From Bacilli bacterium (GTDB lineage: Bacteria > Bacillota_I > Bacilli_A > ML615J-28 > CAG-698): a DNA stretch of 64,000 nt. The stretch lies in assembly GCA_050953065.1 (NCBI GenBank), contig JBMNLZ010000003.1:416001-480000 (forward strand). Reading direction: 5' to 3'. Shown here in pieces: positions 1 through 9,700 of the stretch; the first letter of the stretch is position 1, and each line of letters begins with the position of its first letter. The notes below the pieces were generated by a model, which was not told the DNA's origin, did no database searches, and saw nothing but the letters and a program-made list of their open reading frames with translations. A program made the translations under genes and the position numbers.

Positions 1-2046
1 CTCTTTTGTATTAGAACTTGGAAAATCATCCAAATAATCCATAAAGTCTAACCCTAAACATACATTATCAATCCCAAGTGCATTAATAGCATATTCAATA
101 TGTTTAATAAACATATCAATACTTTTATCTTCTTTTGAAATGAAATTTCCAACTAAAGTTAAACCTAATAAACCATCGGCTTCTTTTAATGCTTTTAATT
201 GAGCATCATCTAAATTTCTTTTATGATCACATAGACTTCTAATATTTCCGTGTGAATAAATAATATTTTTATTTGTTAGTTTTAAAACATCAAAAAAACT
301 TTGATAATTTAGATGAGCTAAATCAATTATCATATCAAGTTTTTCCATTTTTTTAATTAAATCTTTTCCTTTTTCAGTTAAGCCTCTTTCAGGATTGCCC
401 TTTACTCCAGTAGCATAATCATTTTCTTCATTCCATGTTAACATTGCATGACGAAAACCTAATTTATATAAAGTATCTAAATCATTTATGCTTTTTAAAT
501 TTCTTAACCCTTCAAAACCTAAAATCAATTTAAAATCAACTAATAATTTAAAATCAATTTGAGCAAGAGCCTTTTTAGATGCTTCAATTAAATCAAATTC
601 ATCAGGCGAATATAGTGTCCAAAGTCCACCTTTAACTGATGTTTCTGATAATTGTTGCAAGTGAAAATCAAATCTATTTTCAATTCCCATTTTAGCCTTA
701 TCATATAAATCATATAAGATATCAGTGTGAGTATCAAAGATAGGCAAACTTTTTTGATTAAAACTAGATAAAAGTTTATCATAACTTTCTCTTTTAATTG
801 CTAGATTAACGTTATCCTCTTTTACAAAAACAACAGCTGGTCTAACATGAGAATTATAATTCATAGACATTGAATATCCATATGCTCCAGTTGAATAAAC
901 AACTAAAATATCTCCTCTTTTAAAACTAGGCACTTCTACTCCTTGAGCTATGATATCACCACTCTCGCAACAAGGTCCAACAATATCACATTTAATAGTT
1001 TTTAACTCATTCATCTTATTAGCTACATCAACACTATATTTAGCTTGATATAAAGCAGGCCTAATATTATCATTCATTCCACCATCAACTGGTAAATATA
1101 TTTTCTTATTATAAGTTTCTTTCAAATCACCTATTGTATAAAGTGTACTACAAGCATCGCCTACAATACTTCTGCCTGGTTCAATCATTAAAGTATTTAA
1201 AGCAATTTTAAATTTATTAGTTAAATCTTCTACTTCTTTTACAACTTCTTTTAAAGTTTTTTCCAAATCAATTTCAGTATCTGTTTTTAAATATTTAATT
1301 CCAAAGCCTCCACCTAAATTAAGAACCTTCGCCTCAAAGTCATATTTTTCTTTTACATCTTTTAAAAACTCTACCATTGTTTTAGCTGAATTAATAAAAG
1401 AATCAGGAGTTGTTATTTGAGAACCAATATGAGCATGAAAACCATCTAATTCAATATAAGATGCATTTTTATAAAAGTCAATTATTTTTTCTATTTTTGC
1501 CTCATCAAAGATTGACTCTCCAAATTTAGAATCAACAGATGATGTTTGAATATATTCATGAGTATGAGCTGAAATTCCAGGGTTTATTCTAAATAAAGTT
1601 TTAACTTGTTTTTTGTTGATTCTAGCAATTTTTTCTAATCTTTCTAACTCTGGAATATTGTCTACAATAATATATTTTACTCCTAATTTAACTGCAAATT
1701 CTAATTCTTCATCCGTTTTATTATTTCCATGAAAAACTGCTTTAGAAAGAGGAAAGTTAGTTTTATGTAAAATATATAAATCTCCATAACTAACACTATC
1801 AATCCCAACATTATATTCTAATAAAATATCATTTAGATAACTTGAAAGAAAAGCTTTAGATGCATAATATATTTCACAATTAAACTTCTTACTTTTAAAG
1901 TTATTAATAAAAGTAGATATTTTATTTCTCAAATGCAATTCATCAAAAACCATTAAAGGAGTCCCATAAATTCTTGCTAAATCTTTAGCAGATTTTTTAC
2001 CAAAATATAATGCGTTTCCTTTAACACTCATTCCTAATGTTTTCAT
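1..2046 (-). CDS. lysA: Diaminopimelate decarboxylase fused in frame to a membrane/renal-type dipeptidase (peptidase M19); 3' end lies outside the window
   Basis: Manual translation from ATG 2046 (GAGG RBS upstream) has no in-frame stop down to base 1. LysA motifs: YASKAF, HGNNK, SKFG, HAHIGSQ, NLGGGFG, EPGRS, DGGMNDNIRPALY, GPCCESGD, GAYGYSM. After ...RESYDKLLSSFNQKSLP come M19 motifs: IFDTHTD, LGFEG, LTWNEEN, IDLAHLN, YSHGN, HKRNLDD, LGLDF. Absent from the ORF track, probably because it has no stop in the window. Confidence 0.9.
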   Translation of the reverse strand, partial: MKTLGMSVKGNALYFGKKSAKDLARIYGTPLMVFDELHLRNKISTFINNFKSKKFNCEIYYASKAFLSSYLNDILLEYNVGIDSVSYGDLYILHKTNFPLSKAVFHGNNKTDEELEFAVKLGVKYIIVDNIPELERLEKIARINKKQVKTLFRINPGISAHTHEYIQTSSVDSKFGESIFDEAKIEKIIDFYKNASYIELDGFHAHIGSQITTPDSFINSAKTMVEFLKDVKEKYDFEAKVLNLGGGFGIKYLKTDTEIDLEKTLKEVVKEVEDLTNKFKIALNTLMIEPGRSIVGDACSTLYTIGDLKETYNKKIYLPVDGGMNDNIRPALYQAKYSVDVANKMNELKTIKCDIVGPCCESGDIIAQGVEVPSFKRGDILVVYSTGAYGYSMSMNYNSHVRPAVVFVKEDNVNLAIKRESYDKLLSSFNQKSLPIFDTHTDILYDLYDKAKMGIENRFDFHLQQLSETSVKGGLWTLYSPDEFDLIEASKKALAQIDFKLLVDFKLILGFEGLRNLKSINDLDTLYKLGFRHAMLTWNEENDYATGVKGNPERGLTEKGKDLIKKMEKLDMIIDLAHLNYQSFFDVLKLTNKNIIYSHGNIRSLCDHKRNLDDAQLKALKEADGLLGLTLVGNFISKEDKSIDMFIKHIEYAINALGIDNVCLGLDFMDYLDDFPSSNTKE

Positions 2047-2085
2047 AAGTTTCCTCACTAAAAATTAATTAAACTATCAAATCAT

Positions 2086-2096
2086 ATTATAACACA
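2086..2096 (-). promoter_or_regulatory. Extended -10 promoter (TGTGTTATAAT) for the lysA fusion gene
   Basis: TRTG-n-TATAAT about 40 nt upstream of the ATG. Confidence 0.6.
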
Positions 2097-2140
2097 ATTT
2101 CTATAAAATAAATTGTTTTCTTTAAAACTTTTTAAATAAA

Positions 2141-2260
2141 AAAGATTCTTTACTTAATTTCCCACACTCACATACCAAGTTAAGCTTAAGGCTGCTTCAG
2201 TCAAGACCTGACCTGGTTCACTGCCTGATATTGAATGCAGGAATCTAAATAAAGAATCCC
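2141..2260 (-). ncRNA. ffs: Small-type signal recognition particle RNA (4.5S)
   Basis: Minus strand contains GAACCAGGTCAGGTCTTGACTGAAGCAGCCTTAAG (helix-8 consensus CAGG...AGCAG). The ends GATTCTTTATTTA / TAAGTAAAGAATC pair into a terminal helix. AGTGGTATAAT promoter immediately upstream (2268-2278). Confidence 0.88.
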
Positions 2261-2405
2261 TAATTTCATTATACCACTTTTTCATGTTTTTTAAAAGATT
2301 TTTTTAAATTAATACGCTAAACTAAGTTAGTAGTTTTCTTTTCATCTTTAAAGCCTTAAATTGCCTCTGGTTTAGAGTTTTTATAAAGATTTTAGTATTT
2401 ATATC

Positions 2406-2445
2406 AAAAAGAAAAACCACTTCCTTAAAAGAAAGTGGTTTTTTT
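2406..2445 (-). terminator. Intrinsic terminator after the phosphoesterase lipoprotein gene
   Basis: AAAAACCACTT...AAGTGGTTTTT hairpin with A/T tracts. Confidence 0.75.
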
Positions 2446-2455
2446 AAGTTAAAAA

Positions 2456-5400
2456 TTATTTTTTAGGAATGCTGTAAGTATCCAGTACAGTACCTGATGC
2501 ATTAAACATTTGACCAGTAATTTGAGTTGAACTAACTGTAATAGTTGAAATTGTACTGATATCATTATTGTTAGTTGAGCCACCATATACTTTAGCAGAA
2601 TATGAACTTGCTGCTGTTGCAATTCTACCACGTGCTCCTATTTGGTTGGCTGTAATATAAACAGTTCCAACAGAAGCTGTTGAGACAGCACCATTTTTAA
2701 TTGGTTTGCTTCTTACGTATACATGGTCATCTCCTGATAAGACTAAATCAACTCCTAGACTTTCTAAAGTACTTCCATAAATATTATAACAATCACTTGA
2801 CTTAGCAACTCCACTTGGTGCACTAGCAGTTGACCCGTGGAAAAATTCTCTATGAGAAAAGGCAATTACAAAATCACTTGGATTATTATTAATTACAGTA
2901 GAAAGCCATGATTTTTGAGCATTTCTTCTTGTAGTGTCTAGAACTTCTGAGTTTATACCAACAAACAATACATTATTATATTTAAAATAATAAGATGAAT
3001 TTGAAATACCACTTGCTCCATTTTTAGGATTATTAAACATAGCATTATAATAAACATCTGATGTATGTTCAGGATATACACTACCTTGAGCTTTATAATA
3101 ATCATGGTTTCCTGGAACCGAAGCTAAAAAATAATTTTTAGCAAATGGAGCTGTTGCTAAATGTTTCCATTGATAATAATCACTTCCATGAGCAGTTAAA
3201 TCACCTGTGAATAAAACAAAACTTAAACCACTTACCTTTGATTCAGCTCTTGAAACCAATGAATTAGCTGTACTTAATCTAGAACTTAGTGCAGGATAAG
3301 CATGGACGTCTGACATATAGATAAAACTAAATGTTGTAGTTGAAGCAGTTTTAAAATAATAATCACTTGAAGCACTTGAGCCTATAATTCTATATCTATA
3401 TTCAGTATTAGCTGTTAAACCTGTAATGTTTACAAGTTTTCTAAAATAACTTACAGTACCATTATATCCTTGACTGTTTCCATCTGATGTACTTACAAAA
3501 GAAGCTGAAGTGCTAGATGGAGCTACTTGAACTTTATTTGCATAAGTAGTATCGCTTTTTTTAGTATACTCTAAATATCCTCCACTTGTTGTATGATGCC
3601 AACTAATATTCATTTGAGAACTAGCATTTGCACCAGGAGATGCAAACACTAAACTAGATGTACCAGTAGCTGCTGGCATTGTTCCTCCCGGAGGATTTGA
3701 TCCACCTGTGCCAATTGTTAGAGTAATTGTTCCAGATCCTTTTGAAGGATGAGTTACAGTAATTGTTACTGTACCATCTTTTAATGCTGAAATTGTTCCA
3801 TAAGTTGAAACTGTTGCAACACTTGAATCACTTGATGTAAAGACACATTCAAGACGAGAAACACTTGTTCCACCTGAATCTCTTACATAAATTTGGTATC
3901 CAGAACCACCCACTGGAACATTTGCACTAGGATCAGCTGTGATTGTTAGAGTTCCTGCTGGAGGATTTGTTACTGTTATAGTACATGTTGCTTTTACTGA
4001 TGTATCGGCAACTGAAGTTGCTGTAATTGTTGCTGTTCCTGCTGCTTTAGCTGTTACAACACCGTTTGTAACAGTTGCAACTGTTGCATTACTTGTTGTC
4101 CATGTAACACTTGTATTACTTGCATTTGTTACTGTGGCTGTTAATGTTTTTGTTGCATTAACAAGTAATGAGGCTGTTGTATCTGATAGAGTAATAGTTG
4201 GTGTAGGTTGAGCGGTAACTGTCACACTTGCTTGAGCTTGAATACTATTATTTGCATTAAGCTTTGCAATAATGTTTGCTGTTCCAGCTGCTACTGCTGT
4301 TACTTTTCCATTACTGTCTACTGTTGCAACACTTGTATTACTACTGCTCCATGAAACTGATTTATCAGTTAGGGATGCTGCTACTACTGTTGCTGTTAAT
4401 GTTTGATTAGATCCAGCCACTAGATTTAATGAAGTAGGATTTAAAGTAATACTCATTTGATCAGTTACTGTTACCTGATGAGTTGCTTTAATGCTTGCAC
4501 TTACTATTGAAGTTGCTGTGATTGTTGCTGTACCTACTTTCATTCCAGTTACTCTACCATTTACATCTATGGTTGCAACTGTAGAATCACTTGAAGTCCA
4601 CGTAACTATGTTTGTTGCTCCTGTTGGAGTTGCTGTTGCTGTTAGAATTATATTTTGTCCATAACTAACTGTTGATGCTCCATTAATTGTAATTCCTGTT
4701 GGAAGAGGAATTACAGTTACTGTAAAGTTTGCTTTCTTTTCAGGATCTCCAACAAGTGATGCTGTAATTTGAACAACACCTCCAGAAACTCCTGTTACCC
4801 AGCCTGCTGCATCTACTATTGCAACACTAGTGTTGCTTGAAGCATAAGTAAACGTTGCAGGTTCATTAGCTGGAGTATATGTTACATTTAATTTAATTTT
4901 ATTTCCCTGTAATACTTCATTAGCTCCAGAAAGATTAATTGAAGTAATTGGGCTAGCTGAAGTTTCAGATTCTTTTACGACTAAAGTAAATGTATTTGAA
5001 ACAGATGTATCATCTGTTAGAGTTGCTGTGATTGTTACAATTCCTGTTGCAACACCTGTTACAATTCCAAATTCATTTACTGTTGCTTTTGAATTATCAC
5101 TACTTGTCCAAGTAATGCCTGTTATATTTCCTTGATTTGGAGTTACAGTTAAAATAACTGAATCACTAACATTAACAAAACTACTTCCGTTAATTATAAG
5201 TGATGTTGGTTTAACTACTACCGCCCCATCTGTTCTTACGTTAACAACGATTGTTGCAGAACGAGCCCCATATAAAGCTATGATAGATGTAACACCAGCT
5301 GCTTTTGCAGTCAAAACACCATTTGATGTTATTGATGCTACTTCTCCATTACTAGACATCCAAGAAATAGTTCCATTAACTATTTCTCCACCTAATAAAA

Positions 5401-5848
5401 CTTGTAAAGTAACAGTACTACCTACAGTCAAATTTTGATTCCCGTTAACTATTACAAAAGTTTGAGTATTAGGGTCTGGTTTGTTTTCGCCTGGGTTATC
5501 ATCAATTGGATTATCAGTTGATCCATCATCTATAGCAGTTACTATTACAGTTATCTTAATAAAGACTTCTGTATTTAAAACTCCAATTGTTAGTTCAGCT
5601 TGACCTGCACTAATTCCACTAATAACTCCATTTGAAACTGTAAAAATAGCCTCGTTAGAAGAAACATAGTAAAGGGCATTAGTTGATCCTACAACTTTAG
5701 GAGCAATTGAGACCATATCTTCTTCCTCAACAGTAATAGTATAACTATCAACTGTAATTTTAACTTCTCCACTCCCTAAACTTAAACCTTGACAACCAAC
5801 TAATAAAATACTAATTAACAAAGTAAAAACAATAAAGATTTTTTTCAT
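2456..5848 (-). CDS. Lipoprotein with about 8 bacterial Ig-like (Big_2) repeats, a FnIII-like purple-acid-phosphatase N-domain and a C-terminal metallophosphoesterase
   Basis: Lipobox LLVGC; repeated W.SS...VATV...G.VT..G units; MNISWH, SDVH, GDLT, PGNHD, FSH and GDDH motifs. Confidence 0.85.
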   Translation of the reverse strand: MKKIFIVFTLLISILLVGCQGLSLGSGEVKITVDSYTITVEEEDMVSIAPKVVGSTNALYYVSSNEAIFTVSNGVISGISAGQAELTIGVLNTEVFIKITVIVTAIDDGSTDNPIDDNPGENKPDPNTQTFVIVNGNQNLTVGSTVTLQVLLGGEIVNGTISWMSSNGEVASITSNGVLTAKAAGVTSIIALYGARSATIVVNVRTDGAVVVKPTSLIINGSSFVNVSDSVILTVTPNQGNITGITWTSSDNSKATVNEFGIVTGVATGIVTITATLTDDTSVSNTFTLVVKESETSASPITSINLSGANEVLQGNKIKLNVTYTPANEPATFTYASSNTSVAIVDAAGWVTGVSGGVVQITASLVGDPEKKANFTVTVIPLPTGITINGASTVSYGQNIILTATATPTGATNIVTWTSSDSTVATIDVNGRVTGMKVGTATITATSIVSASIKATHQVTVTDQMSITLNPTSLNLVAGSNQTLTATVVAASLTDKSVSWSSSNTSVATVDSNGKVTAVAAGTANIIAKLNANNSIQAQASVTVTAQPTPTITLSDTTASLLVNATKTLTATVTNASNTSVTWTTSNATVATVTNGVVTAKAAGTATITATSVADTSVKATCTITVTNPPAGTLTITADPSANVPVGGSGYQIYVRDSGGTSVSRLECVFTSSDSSVATVSTYGTISALKDGTVTITVTHPSKGSGTITLTIGTGGSNPPGGTMPAATGTSSLVFASPGANASSQMNISWHHTTSGGYLEYTKKSDTTYANKVQVAPSSTSASFVSTSDGNSQGYNGTVSYFRKLVNITGLTANTEYRYRIIGSSASSDYYFKTASTTTFSFIYMSDVHAYPALSSRLSTANSLVSRAESKVSGLSFVLFTGDLTAHGSDYYQWKHLATAPFAKNYFLASVPGNHDYYKAQGSVYPEHTSDVYYNAMFNNPKNGASGISNSSYYFKYNNVLFVGINSEVLDTTRRNAQKSWLSTVINNNPSDFVIAFSHREFFHGSTASAPSGVAKSSDCYNIYGSTLESLGVDLVLSGDDHVYVRSKPIKNGAVSTASVGTVYITANQIGARGRIATAASSYSAKVYGGSTNNNDISTISTITVSSTQITGQMFNASGTVLDTYSIPKK

Positions 5849-5863
5849 TTTTAACTCCTCTAA

Positions 5864-5911
5864 AAAAGCTACTTGTACAACACCTCAATTTTTATGTATT
5901 AACAAGTAGCT
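5864..5911 (-). terminator. Intergenic stem-loop with U tract between the GDPD and phosphoesterase genes
   Basis: AGCTACTTGT...ACAAGTAGCT inverted repeat followed on the minus strand by TTTTT, directly before the GAGGAG RBS. Confidence 0.55.
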
Positions 5912-5919
5912 GATCTGTT

Positions 5920-6720
5920 TTATCTTTTATACTCTACTACTTTCCCATCTTTAAAATAAAGGTAATCAGTAGTAATCATATCTACTCCCTTTTTAATAAA
6001 AGAGAGAGCCTTATTTTTCTTATTTAAAGTATAGGTATTCACAATCAACCCTTTAGCATGGAAACAATCAATTATTCTTTTGTTTAAATGTTTATAATCC
6101 ATATCCAATGAAATTCTTTTTTCAAAACATTCTTCTTTAAATTCTTTATATCTTTTTTTAGAAGAACATAAGAATTGTAGTCTTGCATCAGGATACTTAG
6201 ATCTTATCGCTTTTAACACTTCAAACATTGAAGTCATAAAATATGTTTTTTGATACATTTCCTTGCTTTTAACAAAATCAACTAATAACGAAACATTTGA
6301 CTGATCATTATTATTTAATCCAGTTGTCCACTTAATTTCAATGATAGCTTCTACATCATATTTTTTACACAAATCTAAGTATTCATCTAGGCCAGCTATT
6401 TTTCCATTAAATAGACAAGCTGGCCCAAGAGATGAACCTCTATTTTGTGTTACTATCATTTCTTTTAATTCTGAATAATTTTTTGATTCTGGAGTTGATC
6501 CGCTTTTTGGTTCTGTTAATACTCTTTCACCATATGTATCATTTAAATAAGGATTGTGAAAAATAATAAACTTTTTATCTTTTGTGACTCTAATGTCACA
6601 CTCTAAAGCTTTCGCTCCACGAGCAATCCCTTCTTCAAATGCTTCCATAGTATTGGCAACAAAAGCACCACCAGCACCTCGATGACCTACCCAAATAAAG
6701 TTATTCTTATTTTTTTTCAT
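5920..6720 (-). CDS. Glycerophosphodiester phosphodiesterase (GlpQ/UgpQ family)
   Basis: GHRG, ECDIRVTKD, IFH, IEIK, GVDMITTD motifs; no signal peptide. Confidence 0.88.
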   Translation of the reverse strand: MKKNKNNFIWVGHRGAGGAFVANTMEAFEEGIARGAKALECDIRVTKDKKFIIFHNPYLNDTYGERVLTEPKSGSTPESKNYSELKEMIVTQNRGSSLGPACLFNGKIAGLDEYLDLCKKYDVEAIIEIKWTTGLNNNDQSNVSLLVDFVKSKEMYQKTYFMTSMFEVLKAIRSKYPDARLQFLCSSKKRYKEFKEECFEKRISLDMDYKHLNKRIIDCFHAKGLIVNTYTLNKKNKALSFIKKGVDMITTDYLYFKDGKVVEYKR

Positions 6721-6729
6721 TCAAGTTTC

Positions 6730-9700
6730 TTATGCAACTACCGTAACACTTACTGTACCTACATTACCACCAGTCTTGTGTGTAACAGTAATTGTTACTG
6801 GACCACCAGTTGCTAATGTAGTAATATTTCCTGTATCAGAAATTGTTAAAATACCAGTGTTGCTAGAAACAATATTACATGCTAAACGGCTAACAGCTTT
6901 TTGATTAGTATCCCAGATAAAGACTTGATAATATCCTGCTGTACCACCTAAGGCTAGAGAAATTGTTTCTAATGATGGATTTGCATAACTACCACCACCA
7001 CCTGATTGAGGAACTTGAACCTTAACTGTTAAGGCTCCTGCTCCAGGAGTAATAGTTAACTCAATTGTAGCTTTTACACTAGGGTTTGCTACTAAAGTAG
7101 CTGTTATTATAATTGTACCTGCACTTACTCCTGTTACTAGACCAGTTTCATTAACTGTAGCAATCCATGCTTTTCCTTCTTCACCTGACCAAGTAACTTG
7201 ATGTCCACCCACTATTGATAACTGAGAAGTAGTACCAGCAGCAAACGAAGTATATTGTGCTGATATAGTGATTGATGATGGAGTACCACTACCGCCACCA
7301 TAAGACCCTACTGCAGTCCATTTTGCATAATACATTGCGGCTGGAGCAGTTCCTGCTGCAATAACTGATACCGGACTACCTGTTAAGCCTGAATTATCAT
7401 ACCATCCTTCAAAAACATAACCTTCTCTAAATGGTTCTTTTAAGACTGCAACTTGTCCATGTGGATAAGATGTAGTTTGATAAGTTGTAGCAGCGCTAAC
7501 TCTTGCTGAACCACTTTCATAATATCTTAAAGTTGGAGTTGGAATACAAGAACGGAAGCTATTAGCTAAAGTTGCATTAGCAAATGTAGAACTATTAACA
7601 TTTTGAGTTCCATAGAAATATCCATCTAAGATAAATCCAAATGCACTTCTACCATGGAAAACTCCTGCATTTTCAGTTGTAATTGGAGAATATCCACTAG
7701 ATGCAGCACCTTCTTTTGTACGATATAATTCGTGAACAGTTTCAAGTAAATTCTTATATTTTGATTGATATGGTTCAGTTCCGAAGAATCCACCCGTTAC
7801 ACTTGTAATCTTCTTAGTTGTAGCATCAGTTGCAATACTGTTCCAGAAGAATTGAGAATATCCATCAATTTTTGAATATGATACAACTGTTCCTGATACC
7901 CAATTATACCATGCTTGTGGGTCAACAGCATTTGCCTTAAAGGCATCCCAAGTTGTTTTGTGTAGATTTGAAGCAACTAATGATGAACTTAGTAAATTGT
8001 TATCTTTCAAATATTTATAGAAGTCTTGCATAAAGATTTCTGGTAAATTTGAAACTCCATCAATATAATATTCTCCAGCATAATCTCCTGATGGTACAGT
8101 AGTTACAGTACCTGATGACCAACTCCATGAACCACCATTTAATGTATAATTTAATGTATAGTTAGCTGGATTAACTGTAATTTGACATGTTGCTTTTAAG
8201 TTTGTATTAACAGCAGCTGTTGCTGTAATTACTGCTTCACCTTGAGCAACCGCTGTTACAAGTCCTGATGAAGAAACTGTTGCAACACTTGCATTACTTG
8301 TTGACCAAGTAACATTTGTATTACTTGAATAACTAACTGTTGCAGTTAATTGTAAAGTTGCATCTATTGCTAAAGTTCCAGATGTTGGTGCTACTGTAAT
8401 TGTTGGAGCTGGATTAACTGTAATTTGACATGTTGCTGTTAAGCTTGGATCTCCAACTGAAGTTGCTGTAATTGTTACACTACCTTGAGCAACACCTGTT
8501 ACAACACCTGTTGATGAGTTAACTGTTGCTTTGCTTGTATCACCTGATGAATAAGTTACAGAAGTATTACTTAAGTTTTGTACTGTTGCAGTTACTGTAA
8601 CTGTTTCATTTTGGTTAACTGTTGCTGTAGTTGGTGTCATTGTAATTGTTGGAGCTGGATTAACTGTAATTTGACATGTTGCTTTTAAGTCTGGATCCAC
8701 ATCAGCTGTAGCTGTGATTGTTACATTACCTTGAGCAACACCTGTTACAACACCTGTTGATGAGTTAACTGTTGCGATTGAAGTATCACTTGATGAATAA
8801 GCTACAACTGTATTGCTTGAATTATGTACTGTAGCTGTTACTTTTACAGTCTTACCTGCAACAATTGTCGCTGAAGTTGGATCAATTGTAATTGTTGGAT
8901 AAGGCACGACTGTAACTTCTACTGTTGCTGTAAAGTTTGGATCTCCATTTGCTGTTGCTGTAATTGTAGCAGTACCTTCAGCAACACCTGTTATCTTACC
9001 AGTTTGATCAACTGTTGCGTATGCTGCAGCACTTGTTGACCAAGTAACTGTAGTATCTGTTAGGTTTGTAACAGTTGCAGTAATTGTTTTTTCTTGAGTA
9101 ACTGAAATTGTAATTGCTGATTCAGAAAGTGTAATTGTTGGTCTTGCAGCAACTGTGATATCAACTGTTGCTACTAAACTAGCATTAACATCAGCTGTAG
9201 CAATAATAGTTGCAGTTCCTGCAGAAACACCTGTTACAACTCCTGTTTCTGCATTAACTGTTGCTACTAAAACGTTACTAGATGAATAACTTACACCTGT
9301 ATTACTTGAATTATGTACTGTACCAGTTACTGTAATTGTATCTCCAACATATAAAGTTTCAGCTGTAGCCGAAGCTTCAATTGAAGGTCCTGGTGTAACT
9401 GTGATTTCTTTATATCCTATTATTTGAGAATTTGATTTTGAAACAGCTGTAATCGTTACTGTACCTTCTGTAACACCTGTTACAACACCAGCACTTGTTA
9501 TAGTAGCCCTACTTGTTTTAAGTGACACCCATGATACCTCATTAGATGCTCCTTCAGGGCTAGCCACAGCTGTTAATTCTATTGTTGAACCGACTTGAAC
9601 TGTACTAGGTCCATTAATTGTAATTGATGTTACAGCAGGTGCAACATAGTTAACTGTTACTTCATAAGTATTTGAAATTGAACCATCTTCTTCTAAAGAA

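Noticed and set aside
588-782. 64-aa minus-strand ORF in the track
   Set aside because: Out-of-frame shadow inside the lysA-dipeptidase fusion, which carries all the conserved motifs.
2047-2140. Lysine riboswitch upstream of lysA
   Set aside because: The leader is only about 40 nt after the -10 box, and the structured GC-richer element further upstream is the SRP RNA.
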